A stretch of DNA of 64,000 nucleotides from an uncultured candidatus Porisulfidus sp. (lineage in GTDB: Bacteria; Pseudomonadota; Gammaproteobacteria; Poriferisulfidales; Poriferisulfidaceae): assembly GCA_965116025.1 (NCBI GenBank), contig OZ220480.1, positions 224,001 to 288,000 of the forward strand, read 5' to 3'. The notes under the pieces were generated by a model that saw only the letters and a list, made by a program, of their open reading frames with translations, did not search any database and was not told the DNA's origin. Shown one piece after another: positions 50,524-62,213 of this stretch (position 1 is the stretch's first letter; the number at the start of each line of letters is the position of its first letter). Position numbers and translations under genes: made by a program.

Positions 50524-52002
50524 ATGGTAAAGCGCGAAATCACGCCCTGCCTGATCGAACGGTTCGGTCAATACCCCTTCGTCACCGTGACCGGGCCACG
50601 GCAATCGGGCAAGACCACGCTCTGCCGCGACGCTTTCCCAAATCTCAAATACGTCAGCCTCGAGGCTCCCGACCAAAGAGAATTCGCCAAATCCGACCCC
50701 AAGAGCTTCCTCGCGCCACTTATGGGAGGCGCTATCCTTGACGAGATCCAGCGCGCTCCGGCACTTCTTTCCTACCTGCAGGTGATCGCTGACGAGATGC
50801 GCCAGAACGGCCTCTTCGTCCTCACGGGAAGCGAGCATTTCACTCTCTCCGACGCCATAGACCAATCGCTCGCCGGACGGACCGCGTTGCTTCGGTTGCT
50901 ACCCTTCTCTTTGAGGGAACGTCGTCAGGCGGGCGCAGGAGGCGATATCGACGATATCTTGTATTCCGGCTTCTATCCCCGAATTCACGATCAAAAGATC
51001 GAGCCGAGGGAAGCTCTTGGCGACTATCTCGAGACCTACGTCGAGCGCGACGCGCGCCGGATCGAGAACATCCAGAACCTGTCCAGTTTTCGGCGCTTCG
51101 TCCGACTGTGCGCCGGGCGCGTTGGGCAACTCGTCAACTTGTCCGCGCTCGGCGCGGACGCCGGCGTGTCCCACACCACGGCCCGCCACTGGCTGACGAT
51201 CCTGGAAGCGAGCTATCTGGTTTTCCAACTCCAGCCTTTTCACGCGAACATGCGCAAGCGCCTGATCAAGTCGCCAAAACTCTACTTTTACGATGTGGGG
51301 CTGGCGAGCCATCTCGTCGGCATTGAGCGGGCGAAGCAAATCAGCACCCATCCACTCAGGGGAGCGCTGTTCGAGAACGCCGCCGTGGTGGAAGTTCTCA
51401 AGCACCGTTTCAACCGGGGACAGCCGTCCAACCTGTCCTTCTTTCGTGATGCCCGAGGACTGGAATGCGACTTGGTCCGGGAGCGTGGCGGCGAGCTCGA
51501 CCTTATCGAGATCAAATCCGGCGCGACTGTCGTCACCGACCATTTTCGCTCCATCGGTCAAGTGTCCACGATGCTTTCGCGAGTCTCCCGGAAGGCCGTC
51601 GTGTACGGCGGCGAGCAAATCCAATCAAGGGGAGATGTGGAAGTCGTGCCTCTGGCGGACCTGGAATCCGCGCTTGAAAGATTCGAGGGGAGGGAACCGC
51701 CGACGGAACCCGAGCCGCGAGCGGTTCGATGGCTTTTGCATTTTTGGCACTCGAACGGCAGAGACCGCGACGAGCCCGATTTTCCGGAGGTCTCCTTCTG
51801 GCAACCTGACGAGGAGACGGCCCGGAAGGAGGCCGCCCGCGTGCTAATCGAGTTAGCGGAAAAAAGAGGCGATGATCGCGACTGGGCGGCGACGAGTCAT
51901 CCCGATCCCTTCGCGGTCAGTTCCGGCCAGATACCGGACGGGCGATGGGCGCTCCGATACGGCGATTTGAAACGCGACGATGGCGGTGGCGACGACCCGT
52001 GA
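50524..52002 (+). CDS. AAA_14/DUF4143 ATPase, paralogue with a different C-terminal tail
   Basis: TGPRQSGKTT, ILDEIQR, LTGS, KRLIKSPKLYFYDVG, ECDL..IEIKS. Confidence 0.85.
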   Translation: MVKREITPCLIERFGQYPFVTVTGPRQSGKTTLCRDAFPNLKYVSLEAPDQREFAKSDPKSFLAPLMGGAILDEIQRAPALLSYLQVIADEMRQNGLFVLTGSEHFTLSDAIDQSLAGRTALLRLLPFSLRERRQAGAGGDIDDILYSGFYPRIHDQKIEPREALGDYLETYVERDARRIENIQNLSSFRRFVRLCAGRVGQLVNLSALGADAGVSHTTARHWLTILEASYLVFQLQPFHANMRKRLIKSPKLYFYDVGLASHLVGIERAKQISTHPLRGALFENAAVVEVLKHRFNRGQPSNLSFFRDARGLECDLVRERGGELDLIEIKSGATVVTDHFRSIGQVSTMLSRVSRKAVVYGGEQIQSRGDVEVVPLADLESALERFEGREPPTEPEPRAVRWLLHFWHSNGRDRDEPDFPEVSFWQPDEETARKEAARVLIELAEKRGDDRDWAATSHPDPFAVSSGQIPDGRWALRYGDLKRDDGGGDDP

Positions 52003-52173
52003 ACGGATGCCCTTTTCGCTCGATCCGACCAAAGCCGTGACCGGAAAAACCGGTTTTTTAGCCCTTGAGCGTCAGTCGGTGCGCGCCAACCCACGGGCCT
52101 GCGCCCGTACAATCCGCCCCGAACCCGGGATAGCAGCCAACGCTAAAAGATCGCGTGCTGAGGAAAAGTGGGA

Positions 52174-53832
52174 ATGATTCGTAAAGTCGTCGTGAAACGC
52201 TTCCAGAAGCTCGACCGCTTGGAGTTCGAGCTGAAGGAACGAACCCTCGTCGCTGGCCCAAACAACTCAGGCAAGACGACACTTCTGCAAGCGCTGGCGA
52301 CTTGGTCGGAGCTTGGCGAAATATGGCTCGACAGCGGCGCGGACATGACCCGCCGGACCGATGGCGGCTTTCCCCGAATCGAGCTCGACATCGTCGCTCT
52401 CGGGGCATCGCCTCTCTCCCGCTTTGACGCATTGTGGCGAAACCAAGAAACGCGAGAACCCATATCCATCAGAGTGACCACGGACGATTGGGATGTAGGA
52501 TTTGAGATGCGTTACCAAAGACCCACAATCGCCACAATTGGACCTTTGGCGGAGATATCGGAGGACCACCTGGAGCATTACGCCAAGAACCCCCTGAGAG
52601 CGCTTTACATCCCATCGCTCTCAGGCATGGACCGCCATGAGCCGAAATACGATGAAAGGGTGGTGGCTGCGAGATTGGCGCATGGAAAGGGCGGAATGGT
52701 CATTCGAAATATGGTTCAGGCGGTGAGTCGGGACAGAGCGAAATGGATGGAGCTACAGAACGCCGTGAACGAGTTTTTCGGGCTCGAGCTATCCGAGCCA
52801 AGCGGTGTCGACCCGATAGTGGCGCGATATAGACATTCGGAGAAAGAACATTGGTACGATCTTATAAACGGCGCGTCAGGCTTCCTGCAAACGGTCCTGA
52901 TTCAGTCCGCTCTTCTGCACTCCAACGCGAAACTTTTTCTCTTGGACGAGCCGGACGCTCACCTGCACGCGTTGCTCAAGGAAAAGATGTATCGTCTGAT
53001 ACGGGAGCGTTGCGAGCAAGATCGCTGTCAAGCGGTGATAGCCACCCATTCCGGCAGATTGATCGAAGAGGCGGAGAAAGAAGGAAGCCTGTTTCTGGTC
53101 ACGGAGAACGGCCTGAGCCATGTTCGCCAGCGAGAGTCCAAAGAGCTTCTCAAAATTCCGACCGAGCAAATCGTTCACGCGGAAACCTGCAAGCGCGTCC
53201 TATACCTGGAAGGGAAATCAGATCTAGACCTTTTGCGAGGGTGGGCCAAAGCGCTGGATCACCCCGCGGCCCGGCTGCTGGAGGGAACGTTCTGGATTCC
53301 GACCGCGGAAGAAAGCGGTCGCGGCTTCACCAAAAAGCATTTTCGAGCTCTGAAGGCGCGAGCGCCCGCGTTGCGGGCGCTGGAGATTCGGGACCGCAAT
53401 GGAAGCGATGCCGCGCGCTGGCGCGGTCTGGCGCCGGGCGACTTGCGTACCGAGAAAGAGAGCCGAGAGATGCCAGATGACTTCCTTCTAGCGTTTTGGA
53501 CCCGCTACGAGATCGAGAATTACCTGATTCATCCTGAAGCCATCGCCCGCTTCGTGGCGCGCTCAATGGACGAGAAGCGGGCGGAAAACGTCAGAAGAGG
53601 CATTAAAGAGTATTGGCCACCCGTCCTGATCGAGAATCCTTTCGGGACGACTAGCTATGACCAAACGAAAGGAAAAACGGTAATCACCGAGGTGCTCGCC
53701 GTCGCCGGGATCGACGCGAAAGAATCCGAATATTGCCGAATAGCCCGCATCATGAAGCCCGAAGAGATTCACCCGGATGTCGTCGCCATGCTGGATAAGA
53801 TCGAGAGCCAGTTGCCGGCCATAGAGAAGTGA
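52174..53832 (+). CDS. ABC-type ATPase fused to a TOPRIM-like domain (OLD-like)
   Basis: GPNNSGKT, ASG, LLDEPDAHLH, IATHS, then YLEGKSD and RYEIENYL. Confidence 0.75.
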   Translation: MIRKVVVKRFQKLDRLEFELKERTLVAGPNNSGKTTLLQALATWSELGEIWLDSGADMTRRTDGGFPRIELDIVALGASPLSRFDALWRNQETREPISIRVTTDDWDVGFEMRYQRPTIATIGPLAEISEDHLEHYAKNPLRALYIPSLSGMDRHEPKYDERVVAARLAHGKGGMVIRNMVQAVSRDRAKWMELQNAVNEFFGLELSEPSGVDPIVARYRHSEKEHWYDLINGASGFLQTVLIQSALLHSNAKLFLLDEPDAHLHALLKEKMYRLIRERCEQDRCQAVIATHSGRLIEEAEKEGSLFLVTENGLSHVRQRESKELLKIPTEQIVHAETCKRVLYLEGKSDLDLLRGWAKALDHPAARLLEGTFWIPTAEESGRGFTKKHFRALKARAPALRALEIRDRNGSDAARWRGLAPGDLRTEKESREMPDDFLLAFWTRYEIENYLIHPEAIARFVARSMDEKRAENVRRGIKEYWPPVLIENPFGTTSYDQTKGKTVITEVLAVAGIDAKESEYCRIARIMKPEEIHPDVVAMLDKIESQLPAIEK

Positions 53833-53969
53833 CCGTCGAATGAGCGCGCCTTAGGTCGGCCCGCCTCCCCTCCAGTGGCCCCGACCGCCGGGAAGTCCGC
53901 CTCAAGGAACGAATTCCGAATCCCGATTTGGTATAATTGAGGTCCACGATCCCACGGGAGACCGCACTG

Positions 53970-54557
53970 ATGAAAAACCCTCTGGCCTCCGTCAAAGGAA
54001 CCCTGATCTCCGGGCTGATCCTGGCGATCATCTTGGGCTACCTGATCGACATGAAACTCGAGATCAACTGGGTCTCGCTGATCGTCTGGGCGCATGTCTT
54101 CGTCGGCATCATCTGGATCGGGCTTCTGTACTACTTCAACTTCGTGCAGATCCCGGCGGTGGCCGAGGCGGTCGCTGACAGCGACGGCCCGGGACCAGCG
54201 GCGATCAACAAGTACGTCGCCCCGAAAGCATTGCTATGGTTTCGCTGGGCGGCCTTGGTGACCTGGCTGACCGGCGCGGCCGCATTGGAAATGCTGGGCA
54301 TCGGGATCGGCAACGCCTTCTCGCTCGCCAACCCGAACATCGGCATTGGCGTATGGCTCGGCACCATCATGCTGCTCAATGTCTGGGGGCTGATCTGGCC
54401 AAACCAGAAAAAGGTACTCGGCATGGTGGAGGCGTCCGACGAGGAGAAGGCGAGAGCCAAGAAAGTCGCCATGCTGGCATCGCGAACCAATACGTTGCTG
54501 TCCATCCCCATGCTGATGTCGATGGTGGCGTTCGGCCACGGGGGATTGGCTATCTAG
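53970..54557 (+). CDS. Urate oxidase N-terminal (PuuD-like) membrane protein
   Basis: W.HV..GIIWIGLLYYFNFVQ, ALLWFRWAAL.TW.TG, GTIM..NVW..IWPNQKK, SRTNTLLSIPML. Confidence 0.8.
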   Translation: MKNPLASVKGTLISGLILAIILGYLIDMKLEINWVSLIVWAHVFVGIIWIGLLYYFNFVQIPAVAEAVADSDGPGPAAINKYVAPKALLWFRWAALVTWLTGAAALEMLGIGIGNAFSLANPNIGIGVWLGTIMLLNVWGLIWPNQKKVLGMVEASDEEKARAKKVAMLASRTNTLLSIPMLMSMVAFGHGGLAI

Positions 54558-54624
54558 TACCTCGCACCATTCCCCTGTTGAGGGCAAGGCGGCAGCTTCG
54601 CGCTGCCGTTTTGCCTTAAGAACC

Positions 54625-55815
54625 ATGCGTGACGACGATTCCGCCCTCCTTCCCACCTACGCCCGGCTTCCGGTCAGCTTCGCGCGCGGGCGCGGCTGCT
54701 GGCTTTGGGACGAGAATGGAGACGAATACCTCGATGCCATCGCGGGTATCGCCGTCTGCGGGCTGGGCCACTGCCACCCCGGCGTGACCGAGGCCTTGCG
54801 CGAGCAGGCGGGCATCCTGGTCCACACTTCCAACCTCTACCGAATCGAGCCTCAGGAATCCCTAGCCCGCCGGCTCGCCGGGATCTCCGGGATGGAGCGC
54901 GTCTTCTTCTGCAACTCCGGAGCGGAAGCCAACGAGTGCGCGCTGAAGATCGCGCGGCTGCACGCCGCTCGTAAGAACGTCTCCGCCCCGGAAATCCTAG
55001 TGGTCGAAGGCGCCTTCCATGGACGCACCCTCATGACGCTGAGCGCCTCCTCCGGCGCCCGAGTCCGCGACGGCTACGCCCCCTACGCCGAGGGTTTCGC
55101 GCGGGTCGGCTTCAACGACCTGCCTATGGCGCGCGCCGCTCTGGCCGAACGTCCGAACATCGTGGCGGCGCTGATCGAGCCTATCCAGGGAGAGGGTGGA
55201 ATCCGCCCGGTGGACGACGACTACCTGATCGGCCTGCGCGCGCTGTGCGACGAGCATGACGCGCTATTGATCCTGGACGAGGTGCAAACGGGATTGGGCC
55301 GGACTGGACGAATGTTCGCCTACCAGCATGCTCGCGTCCTGCCGGATGCCGTGACGCTTGCCAAAGCCCTCGGAAACGGCTATCCGGTGGCTGCCTGCCT
55401 GACGCGGGGAGCCGCCGCCACCGTCATGGAGCCTGGGCGGCACGGCACGACGTTCGGGGGCGGTCACCTGGCCTGCCGCGTGGGACTCGCGGTGCTTGAC
55501 GCGCTGGAGGAAGAACGGTTGCCGGAGCGCGCGGAAAGGCTCGGACGCCTCCTTATGGAAAGATTCAACGACGCGCTGGCGGACTTGCCCGGCATCAGAT
55601 CCATTCGCGGACGCGGCCTGATGATCGGCATCGAGCTGAGCGAGCCCGCGCCTGACTTGGTCTTGCGAGCCCTGCGCGCGCGGCTGCTGATCAACGTGAC
55701 CCGAGAGCGAGTGGCGCGGCTGTTGCCGCCCTTGGTGATGAGCGATGGCGAGGCCGATCTTCTATGCGAGCGCCTGATCCCCATTCTGGCGGAGGCCGCC
55801 AGCGGAACGGCATGA
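54625..55815 (+). CDS. argD: Acetylornithine aminotransferase
   Basis: [47 protein letters not shown]; upstream of argF. Confidence 0.93.
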   Translation: MRDDDSALLPTYARLPVSFARGRGCWLWDENGDEYLDAIAGIAVCGLGHCHPGVTEALREQAGILVHTSNLYRIEPQESLARRLAGISGMERVFFCNSGAEANECALKIARLHAARKNVSAPEILVVEGAFHGRTLMTLSASSGARVRDGYAPYAEGFARVGFNDLPMARAALAERPNIVAALIEPIQGEGGIRPVDDDYLIGLRALCDEHDALLILDEVQTGLGRTGRMFAYQHARVLPDAVTLAKALGNGYPVAACLTRGAAATVMEPGRHGTTFGGGHLACRVGLAVLDALEEERLPERAERLGRLLMERFNDALADLPGIRSIRGRGLMIGIELSEPAPDLVLRALRARLLINVTRERVARLLPPLVMSDGEADLLCERLIPILAEAASGTA

Positions 55816-56714
55816 GCGCGCGCCACTTCCTGAGCTTGATGGACCTTAGTCCGAAGGAACTCCAGGGCATCCTTGAGCGGGCGCTGGAGCTCAAGGAGAT
55901 GCGCCGTGACGGAACCGACCGGGGACTCTTGGCAGGCAAGACTCTGGCCCTCGCGTTCGACAAGAGCTCGACCCGGACTCGGGTGTCGTTCGAGGCGGGC
56001 ATGACCCAACTCGGCGGTGGCGCCCTGTTCCTGTCTCCGGACATGACGCAACAGGGACGCGGGGAGCCGATCGAGGACGAAGCGCGGGTTCTGTCCTCAA
56101 TGGTCGATGCGGTCGTGGTGCGCACCGGCGCGCACGAAACCCTGGAGCGTTACGCTCGGGCCTCGTCCACACCAGTGATCAACGGCTTGACCGACCGGTT
56201 GCATCCGTGCCAGCTCTTGGCCGACCTGCTCACTTGGCGCGAGTTGCGCGGCGATATTCATGGCGAGCGCGTCGCGTTCGTGGGCGACGGCAACAACATG
56301 TGCCGCTCGTACATCAACGCGGCCCGACAGTTCGGTTTTCGTCTGAACGTCGCCACCCCGACCAAGTACGCGCCGGACGAGGAATGGCTGGCGCTCGCCC
56401 CGGACTTGGTCCAGTGGAGCGAAGACCCAAGCGTCGCGGTCGCCGACGCGCGGCTGGTCGTCACCGATGTTTGGGCCAGCATGGGCCAAGAAGACGAGCG
56501 CGCGGAGCGGCGCCGGACGTTCGAGCCCTACCAGGTCAACGCCGACCTGATGAGCCGCGCGGCGGCGGACGCCTTGTTCATGCACTGTCTCCCGGCCCAC
56601 CGCGGGGAAGAAGTGACCGCCGAAGTCATCGATGGGCCGCGAAGCGTGGTGTGGCGGGAGGCCGAGAACCGGCTGCATGCGCAGAAGGCGCTGCTGGAGT
56701 TCCTGCTGGCCTGA
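55812..56714 (+). CDS. argF: Ornithine carbamoyltransferase
   Basis: [34 protein letters not shown] motifs. Confidence 0.97.
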   Translation: MSARHFLSLMDLSPKELQGILERALELKEMRRDGTDRGLLAGKTLALAFDKSSTRTRVSFEAGMTQLGGGALFLSPDMTQQGRGEPIEDEARVLSSMVDAVVVRTGAHETLERYARASSTPVINGLTDRLHPCQLLADLLTWRELRGDIHGERVAFVGDGNNMCRSYINAARQFGFRLNVATPTKYAPDEEWLALAPDLVQWSEDPSVAVADARLVVTDVWASMGQEDERAERRRTFEPYQVNADLMSRAAADALFMHCLPAHRGEEVTAEVIDGPRSVVWREAENRLHAQKALLEFLLA

Positions 56715-56736
56715 TCGCTCTCTCCGCGCGGTCCGC

Positions 56737-57501
56737 TCAGGCGCGCGATTCCGTCAACTCCCGCTCCACCTGCTCGATCGAGACGTGGCGCAAGTCCTTG
56801 CCAATGACCTGATACAGCACGTGCTCGCAGATATTGGCGGCATGGTCGCCGATGCGCTCCAGAGCCTTCGCGCACCACAAAACCTCCAGCACCAGCCGAA
56901 TGCAGTGCGGATCCTCCATCATGAACGTGATCATCTGCCGGATGCCCGCCTCGTACTCCTCATCGATTTCGGCATCCTCCTTGAGCACCTCCAAAGCCAA
57001 ATCCGTGTCCAAGCGAGCGAACGAATCGAGCGCCTTGCGTAGCATGGCCCGGACGTGCCACCCAATATGCTTCACGGCGCGCAGATGCCGCTTGCGAACC
57101 GACTGGTAGTCCAGATTCTCGGCCAGCCGGGCGATCTTCTCCGCCTCGTCCCCGACCCGCTCCAGATCCGTGGTGGCCTTGATCACCGCGATCACCGTGC
57201 GCAGGTCCATGGCGACCGGATGCCGCAGGGCGAGGAACTCGCTGCATTCCTCGTCGATCTTGATTTCCAGCGCGTTGATCTTGAAGTCCGCCCGGGAAAT
57301 CTTGCGCGCCAGCTTCTGGTCTCCGTTCAGAAACGCCTCGATCGCGTGCTCCACATGCCGCTCGGCCAGCCCGCCCATCTCCAGGGCGCGCCCGCGCACG
57401 TTCTTCAAAAACCGCGAGAACTCCGCGGACGTGTGCTGGATTACGTCTTCCGCCTCCATCGCGCGCTCTTCCGCCTTACTTTCCGGCGCCCATTCTACCA
57501 A
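56737..57501 (-). CDS. phoU: Phosphate signalling protein PhoU (start uncertain)
   Basis: P.A.DLR, DLERVGDEA, ALERIGDHA.NI.E motifs. Confidence 0.95.
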   Translation of the reverse strand: MVEWAPESKAEERAMEAEDVIQHTSAEFSRFLKNVRGRALEMGGLAERHVEHAIEAFLNGDQKLARKISRADFKINALEIKIDEECSEFLALRHPVAMDLRTVIAVIKATTDLERVGDEAEKIARLAENLDYQSVRKRHLRAVKHIGWHVRAMLRKALDSFARLDTDLALEVLKEDAEIDEEYEAGIRQMITFMMEDPHCIRLVLEVLWCAKALERIGDHAANICEHVLYQVIGKDLRHVSIEQVERELTESRA

Positions 57502-58837
57502 CCGCCGCGCCTTCCAGAAAAGGAGCCAGAGCGCGGCGATTCATCGCGATCAGCAGGAGACTCGGTATCACCATCAGGGTCGTGATCACGAAGAACAGAG
57601 GCCAATCGCCGCCTAGCCCGTCGATCAGGACGCCGCTGCCGGCAGCGAGCATGGTGCGCGACAGCGTCCCGAGCGAGGCCAGCGCCGCGTACTGCGTCGC
57701 GGTCCAGCTCCGGTCGCACAATTGCGACAAGAACGCGACGAACGCGACCGTGGAGATGGCGGTGGTGAACTGGTCGGCGACCACGGCCGTCGCGAACAGC
57801 CCCGCCGACGGATACCAGGCCAGCAACGCGAACAGCAAATTGGTCAGCGCCATCGCGACGCCGCCGATCAAGATTCCGCGCAGCAGGCCGTAGCGAGCGT
57901 TGATCAGGCTCCCGACCACGGCGAACGCGGAGATGGCCAAGGCTCCGTAACCCTTCGAATACAGCGCGATATCGGACTTCGAGAAACCGATCTCGGTATA
58001 GAAGACCAAAGACATTCGGCCCAGGAAGGCCTCCCCCACCTTAAACAGAAAGATCGCCAGCAACAAGAACGCCGCGAGACGCGTCCCGTAGCGCGTCACG
58101 AAATTCCGGATCGGCGCCACGTACATGCCCAGCAGGCGAAGCGCCGGGGCGGCGGACCGAGCCGCCTGCCGCGGAGGACGGGCCGGCTCCGGCACCAGCC
58201 ACAGGAACAGCCCAGCCAACGCGCCCACCAGCAGGATCAGCCACAGGTAGCCATGCTGCCAGGCCCGCTCGACGCCGGCATCCTGCATCCGCTCCACCAG
58301 CCACAGGGCGAGACCCCCTCCCAAGCCGTATCCGATCCACCACCCGGAAGTCGCCATCGCCGAGCCGCCACCGACTTTGCGCGGCTCGTCCGTCCGGAAC
58401 TGCTCGATCCGGAGGGCATCGATCGCGACATCCTGAGTCGCGCCGGCAACCGCCAAGACCACCGCCCAGACCACGATCCATTCCAGCTGCCCGGCGGGCT
58501 CCAGCCGCGACAGCGCGCCCAAGGCCGCGACGATCACCAACTGCATGGCGACGATCCATGAGCGGCGGTGACCGAGCCGGCGGGCCAGACCCGGGAGGCG
58601 CGCGGCGTCGACGAACGGCGCCCACGCGACATTGACCGCGTACACCACCAGCACCAGGCCGAACAGGCCGATGTCGGTCCGGCTGAAGCCGCTCTCCTGC
58701 AGCCACAAGGTCATCATCGACAGCACCGCGACCTGCGGCAGGCCACTCATCGCGCCCAACAGCAGGATCCGCGCCATGCGAACGTCGCGGTACAAGGCTA
58801 AGGACTCGCGCCAGCTCAGCGCGCGTATCTCCATCAC
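57476..58837 (-). CDS. ampG: AmpG-family MFS muropeptide permease
   Basis: LG..SGLP, WAPFVD, GHRRSW, ATQDVAIDA.RIE, TATQYAALAS. Confidence 0.9.
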   Translation of the reverse strand: MMEIRALSWRESLALYRDVRMARILLLGAMSGLPQVAVLSMMTLWLQESGFSRTDIGLFGLVLVVYAVNVAWAPFVDAARLPGLARRLGHRRSWIVAMQLVIVAALGALSRLEPAGQLEWIVVWAVVLAVAGATQDVAIDALRIEQFRTDEPRKVGGGSAMATSGWWIGYGLGGGLALWLVERMQDAGVERAWQHGYLWLILLVGALAGLFLWLVPEPARPPRQAARSAAPALRLLGMYVAPIRNFVTRYGTRLAAFLLLAIFLFKVGEAFLGRMSLVFYTEIGFSKSDIALYSKGYGALAISAFAVVGSLINARYGLLRGILIGGVAMALTNLLFALLAWYPSAGLFATAVVADQFTTAISTVAFVAFLSQLCDRSWTATQYAALASLGTLSRTMLAAGSGVLIDGLGGDWPLFFVITTLMVIPSLLLIAMNRRALAPFLEGAAVGRMGAGK

Positions 58838-58841
58838 GCTC

Positions 58842-59609
58842 TCACTTGGACAAATCGTAGTCCATGATCAGCGGCGCGTGGTCCGAGAATCGCCGATCCT
58901 TGTAAATCCGGACGCGCCGCGCGCGCCCCGCCAGATTCCGCGACACCACCTGATAGTCGATCCTCCACCCGACGTTCTTCTCCCAAGCCCGACCGCGGTT
59001 GGACCACCACGTGTACTGGTCGGGCCTCGAGTCGACCTCCCGAAAAGCGTCCACGAATCCCCCCTCCCCGAAAACCCGGTCCATCCACGCTCGCTCCTCC
59101 GGCAAAAAGCCCGAGTTTTTTCGGTTCGCGCGCCAATTTCGGAGGTCGATTTCCCGGTGCGCGATATTCCAGTCGCCACAGACGATGGCGCGGCGACGCC
59201 GCAAACTTTGGAGACGCGCCGCGAACTCATCCAAAAACCGATACTTGGCCCGCTGGCGCTCGTCGCCAGAAGATCCCGACGGCGCATACAGGGACACCAC
59301 CGACAAGCCACCGAAGCGGGCCTCGAGGTAGCGCCCTTCCTGATCGAACTCTGGCGAGCCATAGCCCTCGATGATCCGATCCGGTCGCTCTCGCGAGAAC
59401 AGGGCCACGCCACTGTAGCCGGGCCGCTCCGCCGGGTGGTAATGGCAGTGGAACGATCTCGGGCGGAAGGCCGAGGCGTCGATCTGGTCGAGACGGGCCT
59501 TGATCTCCTGCAAGCAGACCACGTCCGCCCGCTGGCGGGCCAACCAGCGGAAGAATCCCTTGCGCTCGGCGCTACGGACGCCGTTCACGTTCAGCGTGAT
59601 CACGCGCAT
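58842..59609 (-). CDS. xth: Exodeoxyribonuclease III family (Xth/Crc-like)
   Basis: NVNGVRSA, CLQE.K, GYSGVA, CGDWNIAH, YTWWS.RG, GWRIDY, SDHAP; divergent from pyrE. Confidence 0.9.
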   Translation of the reverse strand: MRVITLNVNGVRSAERKGFFRWLARQRADVVCLQEIKARLDQIDASAFRPRSFHCHYHPAERPGYSGVALFSRERPDRIIEGYGSPEFDQEGRYLEARFGGLSVVSLYAPSGSSGDERQRAKYRFLDEFAARLQSLRRRRAIVCGDWNIAHREIDLRNWRANRKNSGFLPEERAWMDRVFGEGGFVDAFREVDSRPDQYTWWSNRGRAWEKNVGWRIDYQVVSRNLAGRARRVRIYKDRRFSDHAPLIMDYDLSK

Positions 59610-59661
59610 ATCGGCGTCTCCCGCTTCATCGGCTAGAATCCTGGTCAGAGACCCGCTTCGC

Positions 59662-60327
59662 ATGCCACCCTCCGACCCGACCCCGCCAACGGACTTTCGC
59701 GCCGAATTCCTGCGCCTCGCGCTGCAGTACGAGTGCTTGAAGTTCGGCGATTTCACGCTGAAGTCCGGGCGCAGGAGTCCGTATTTCTTCAACGCCGGAG
59801 CGTTCAACGACGGCGCGGCTCTGGAGCGGGTCGGCGAGTGTTACTCGCGCGTCTGCGCCGCGCGCCGCCTCGCGTTCGACATGCTGTTCGGGCCAGCCTA
59901 CAAAGGCATTCCCTTGGCCACCGTCACCGCCTGCGCCCTCCAGCGCCTGTACGGGCGAACCGTCCCGGTCGGCTTCGACCGAAAGGAGACCAAAACGCAT
60001 GGCGATCAAGGACGAACCTTCGGCGCCCCGGTCGCGGGACGAGCGTTGCTCGTCGACGACGTGGTCTCCTCCGGAACCACGGTCTGGAACTCGGTGGAAC
60101 TGATCCGCTCGCTCGGCGCCACGCCAGTCGGACTGCTCATTCTGATGGACCGCGGCGAGCGTGGGCGAGGACGGGTCTCCGCCGCGCGGGAAATCGAGGA
60201 GGACTGCGGCATCCCAGTCATTCCGGTCGCGCGCGCCAGCGACTTTCGCGAGTTTCTGAAAGACGTCCCACAGTATCAGAGGCATCGGGAGCGGGTCGAG
60301 GAATATCTCAGAGAGTACGGAGCGTAG
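59662..60327 (+). CDS. pyrE: Orotate phosphoribosyltransferase
   Basis: FGDFTLKSGR.SPYFFNAG, FGPAYKGIPL, RKE.K.HG, VDDVVSSGT. Confidence 0.96.
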   Translation: MPPSDPTPPTDFRAEFLRLALQYECLKFGDFTLKSGRRSPYFFNAGAFNDGAALERVGECYSRVCAARRLAFDMLFGPAYKGIPLATVTACALQRLYGRTVPVGFDRKETKTHGDQGRTFGAPVAGRALLVDDVVSSGTTVWNSVELIRSLGATPVGLLILMDRGERGRGRVSAAREIEEDCGIPVIPVARASDFREFLKDVPQYQRHRERVEEYLREYGA

Positions 60328-61138
60328 CCGCGGCGCGCAAGCGCGCGCGCAGAGGTCCGGTGTCCGGGCGCGCGCCGTGCCATAACTCGAAACTCTCCGC
60401 CGCCTGTTCCAACAACATCCCGAGCCCGTCGCTGACGCGAGCGCAACCCGCCCGCCTGGCCCAAGCCAAGAACGCGGTGTCTTCCCCGTACCGCAAGTCA
60501 TAGCAAACGGTCCGCCGCGCGGCCAGGGCCGAGACGGACAGATCCAATGGCGCGTCCGCCGGCCCCGTCGCCGTGGCGTTGAGAATCAGATCGAAGGAGG
60601 CGTCCCCGATATCCTCCAGAGAGCACGCGACGAGGGGAACGGACGTATCGCGTGACGCGACCAACGCATGCGCGCGCTCCAGAGTCCGGTTGGCCACGGT
60701 GAGGCGACGCGGAGCGGCGTCCATCAGAGGGCCCAAGACCCCACGCGCGGCGCCGCCGGCGCCCAGCAACAAGATCCGCATGCCAGAAAGATCCAGATCC
60801 ATGTTTTCCGTCAGATCGCGGACCAAGCCGCTGCCATCGGTGTTGTCGGCGACGATAGCGCCGTCCTCGAGAGACAGCCAGTTCGCCGCGCCCGCCACGC
60901 GAGCGCGCGCCGCGCTCCGATCCGCCAGCTTCAGCGCCGCCTCCTTATGTGGCGCGGTGACGTTCAGGCCGCGTCCGCCCGAGCGCCAGAAATCTCGCGC
61001 GGCGGACTCGAGGTCCGCCGCGGCGACGCGAATCTGCCGGTAGTGAATCTCCTTGCCGGCCCGCGCCGCGAACTCGACGTGGATGACGGGCGACAAACTG
61101 TGCGCGACCGGATCCCCGATGACGGCGTAGCATTCCAC
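60308..61138 (-). CDS. aroE: Shikimate dehydrogenase
   Basis: G.PVAHSLSP.IH, NVTAPHKE, DNTDG.G, GAGGAARG, DGLGML.EQA; GTG start inferred. Confidence 0.94.
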   Translation of the reverse strand: MECYAVIGDPVAHSLSPVIHVEFAARAGKEIHYRQIRVAAADLESAARDFWRSGGRGLNVTAPHKEAALKLADRSAARARVAGAANWLSLEDGAIVADNTDGSGLVRDLTENMDLDLSGMRILLLGAGGAARGVLGPLMDAAPRRLTVANRTLERAHALVASRDTSVPLVACSLEDIGDASFDLILNATATGPADAPLDLSVSALAARRTVCYDLRYGEDTAFLAWARRAGCARVSDGLGMLLEQAAESFELWHGARPDTGPLRARLRAAATLRTL

Positions 61139-61143
61139 GAACT

Positions 61144-62151
<1,008 letters not shown>

Positions 62152-62213
62152 TCAAGCAGAAAATTTCCGTGCATGGTACACCGAACGGGGCGCGGAAAGA
62201 CTACAATGGGCGC

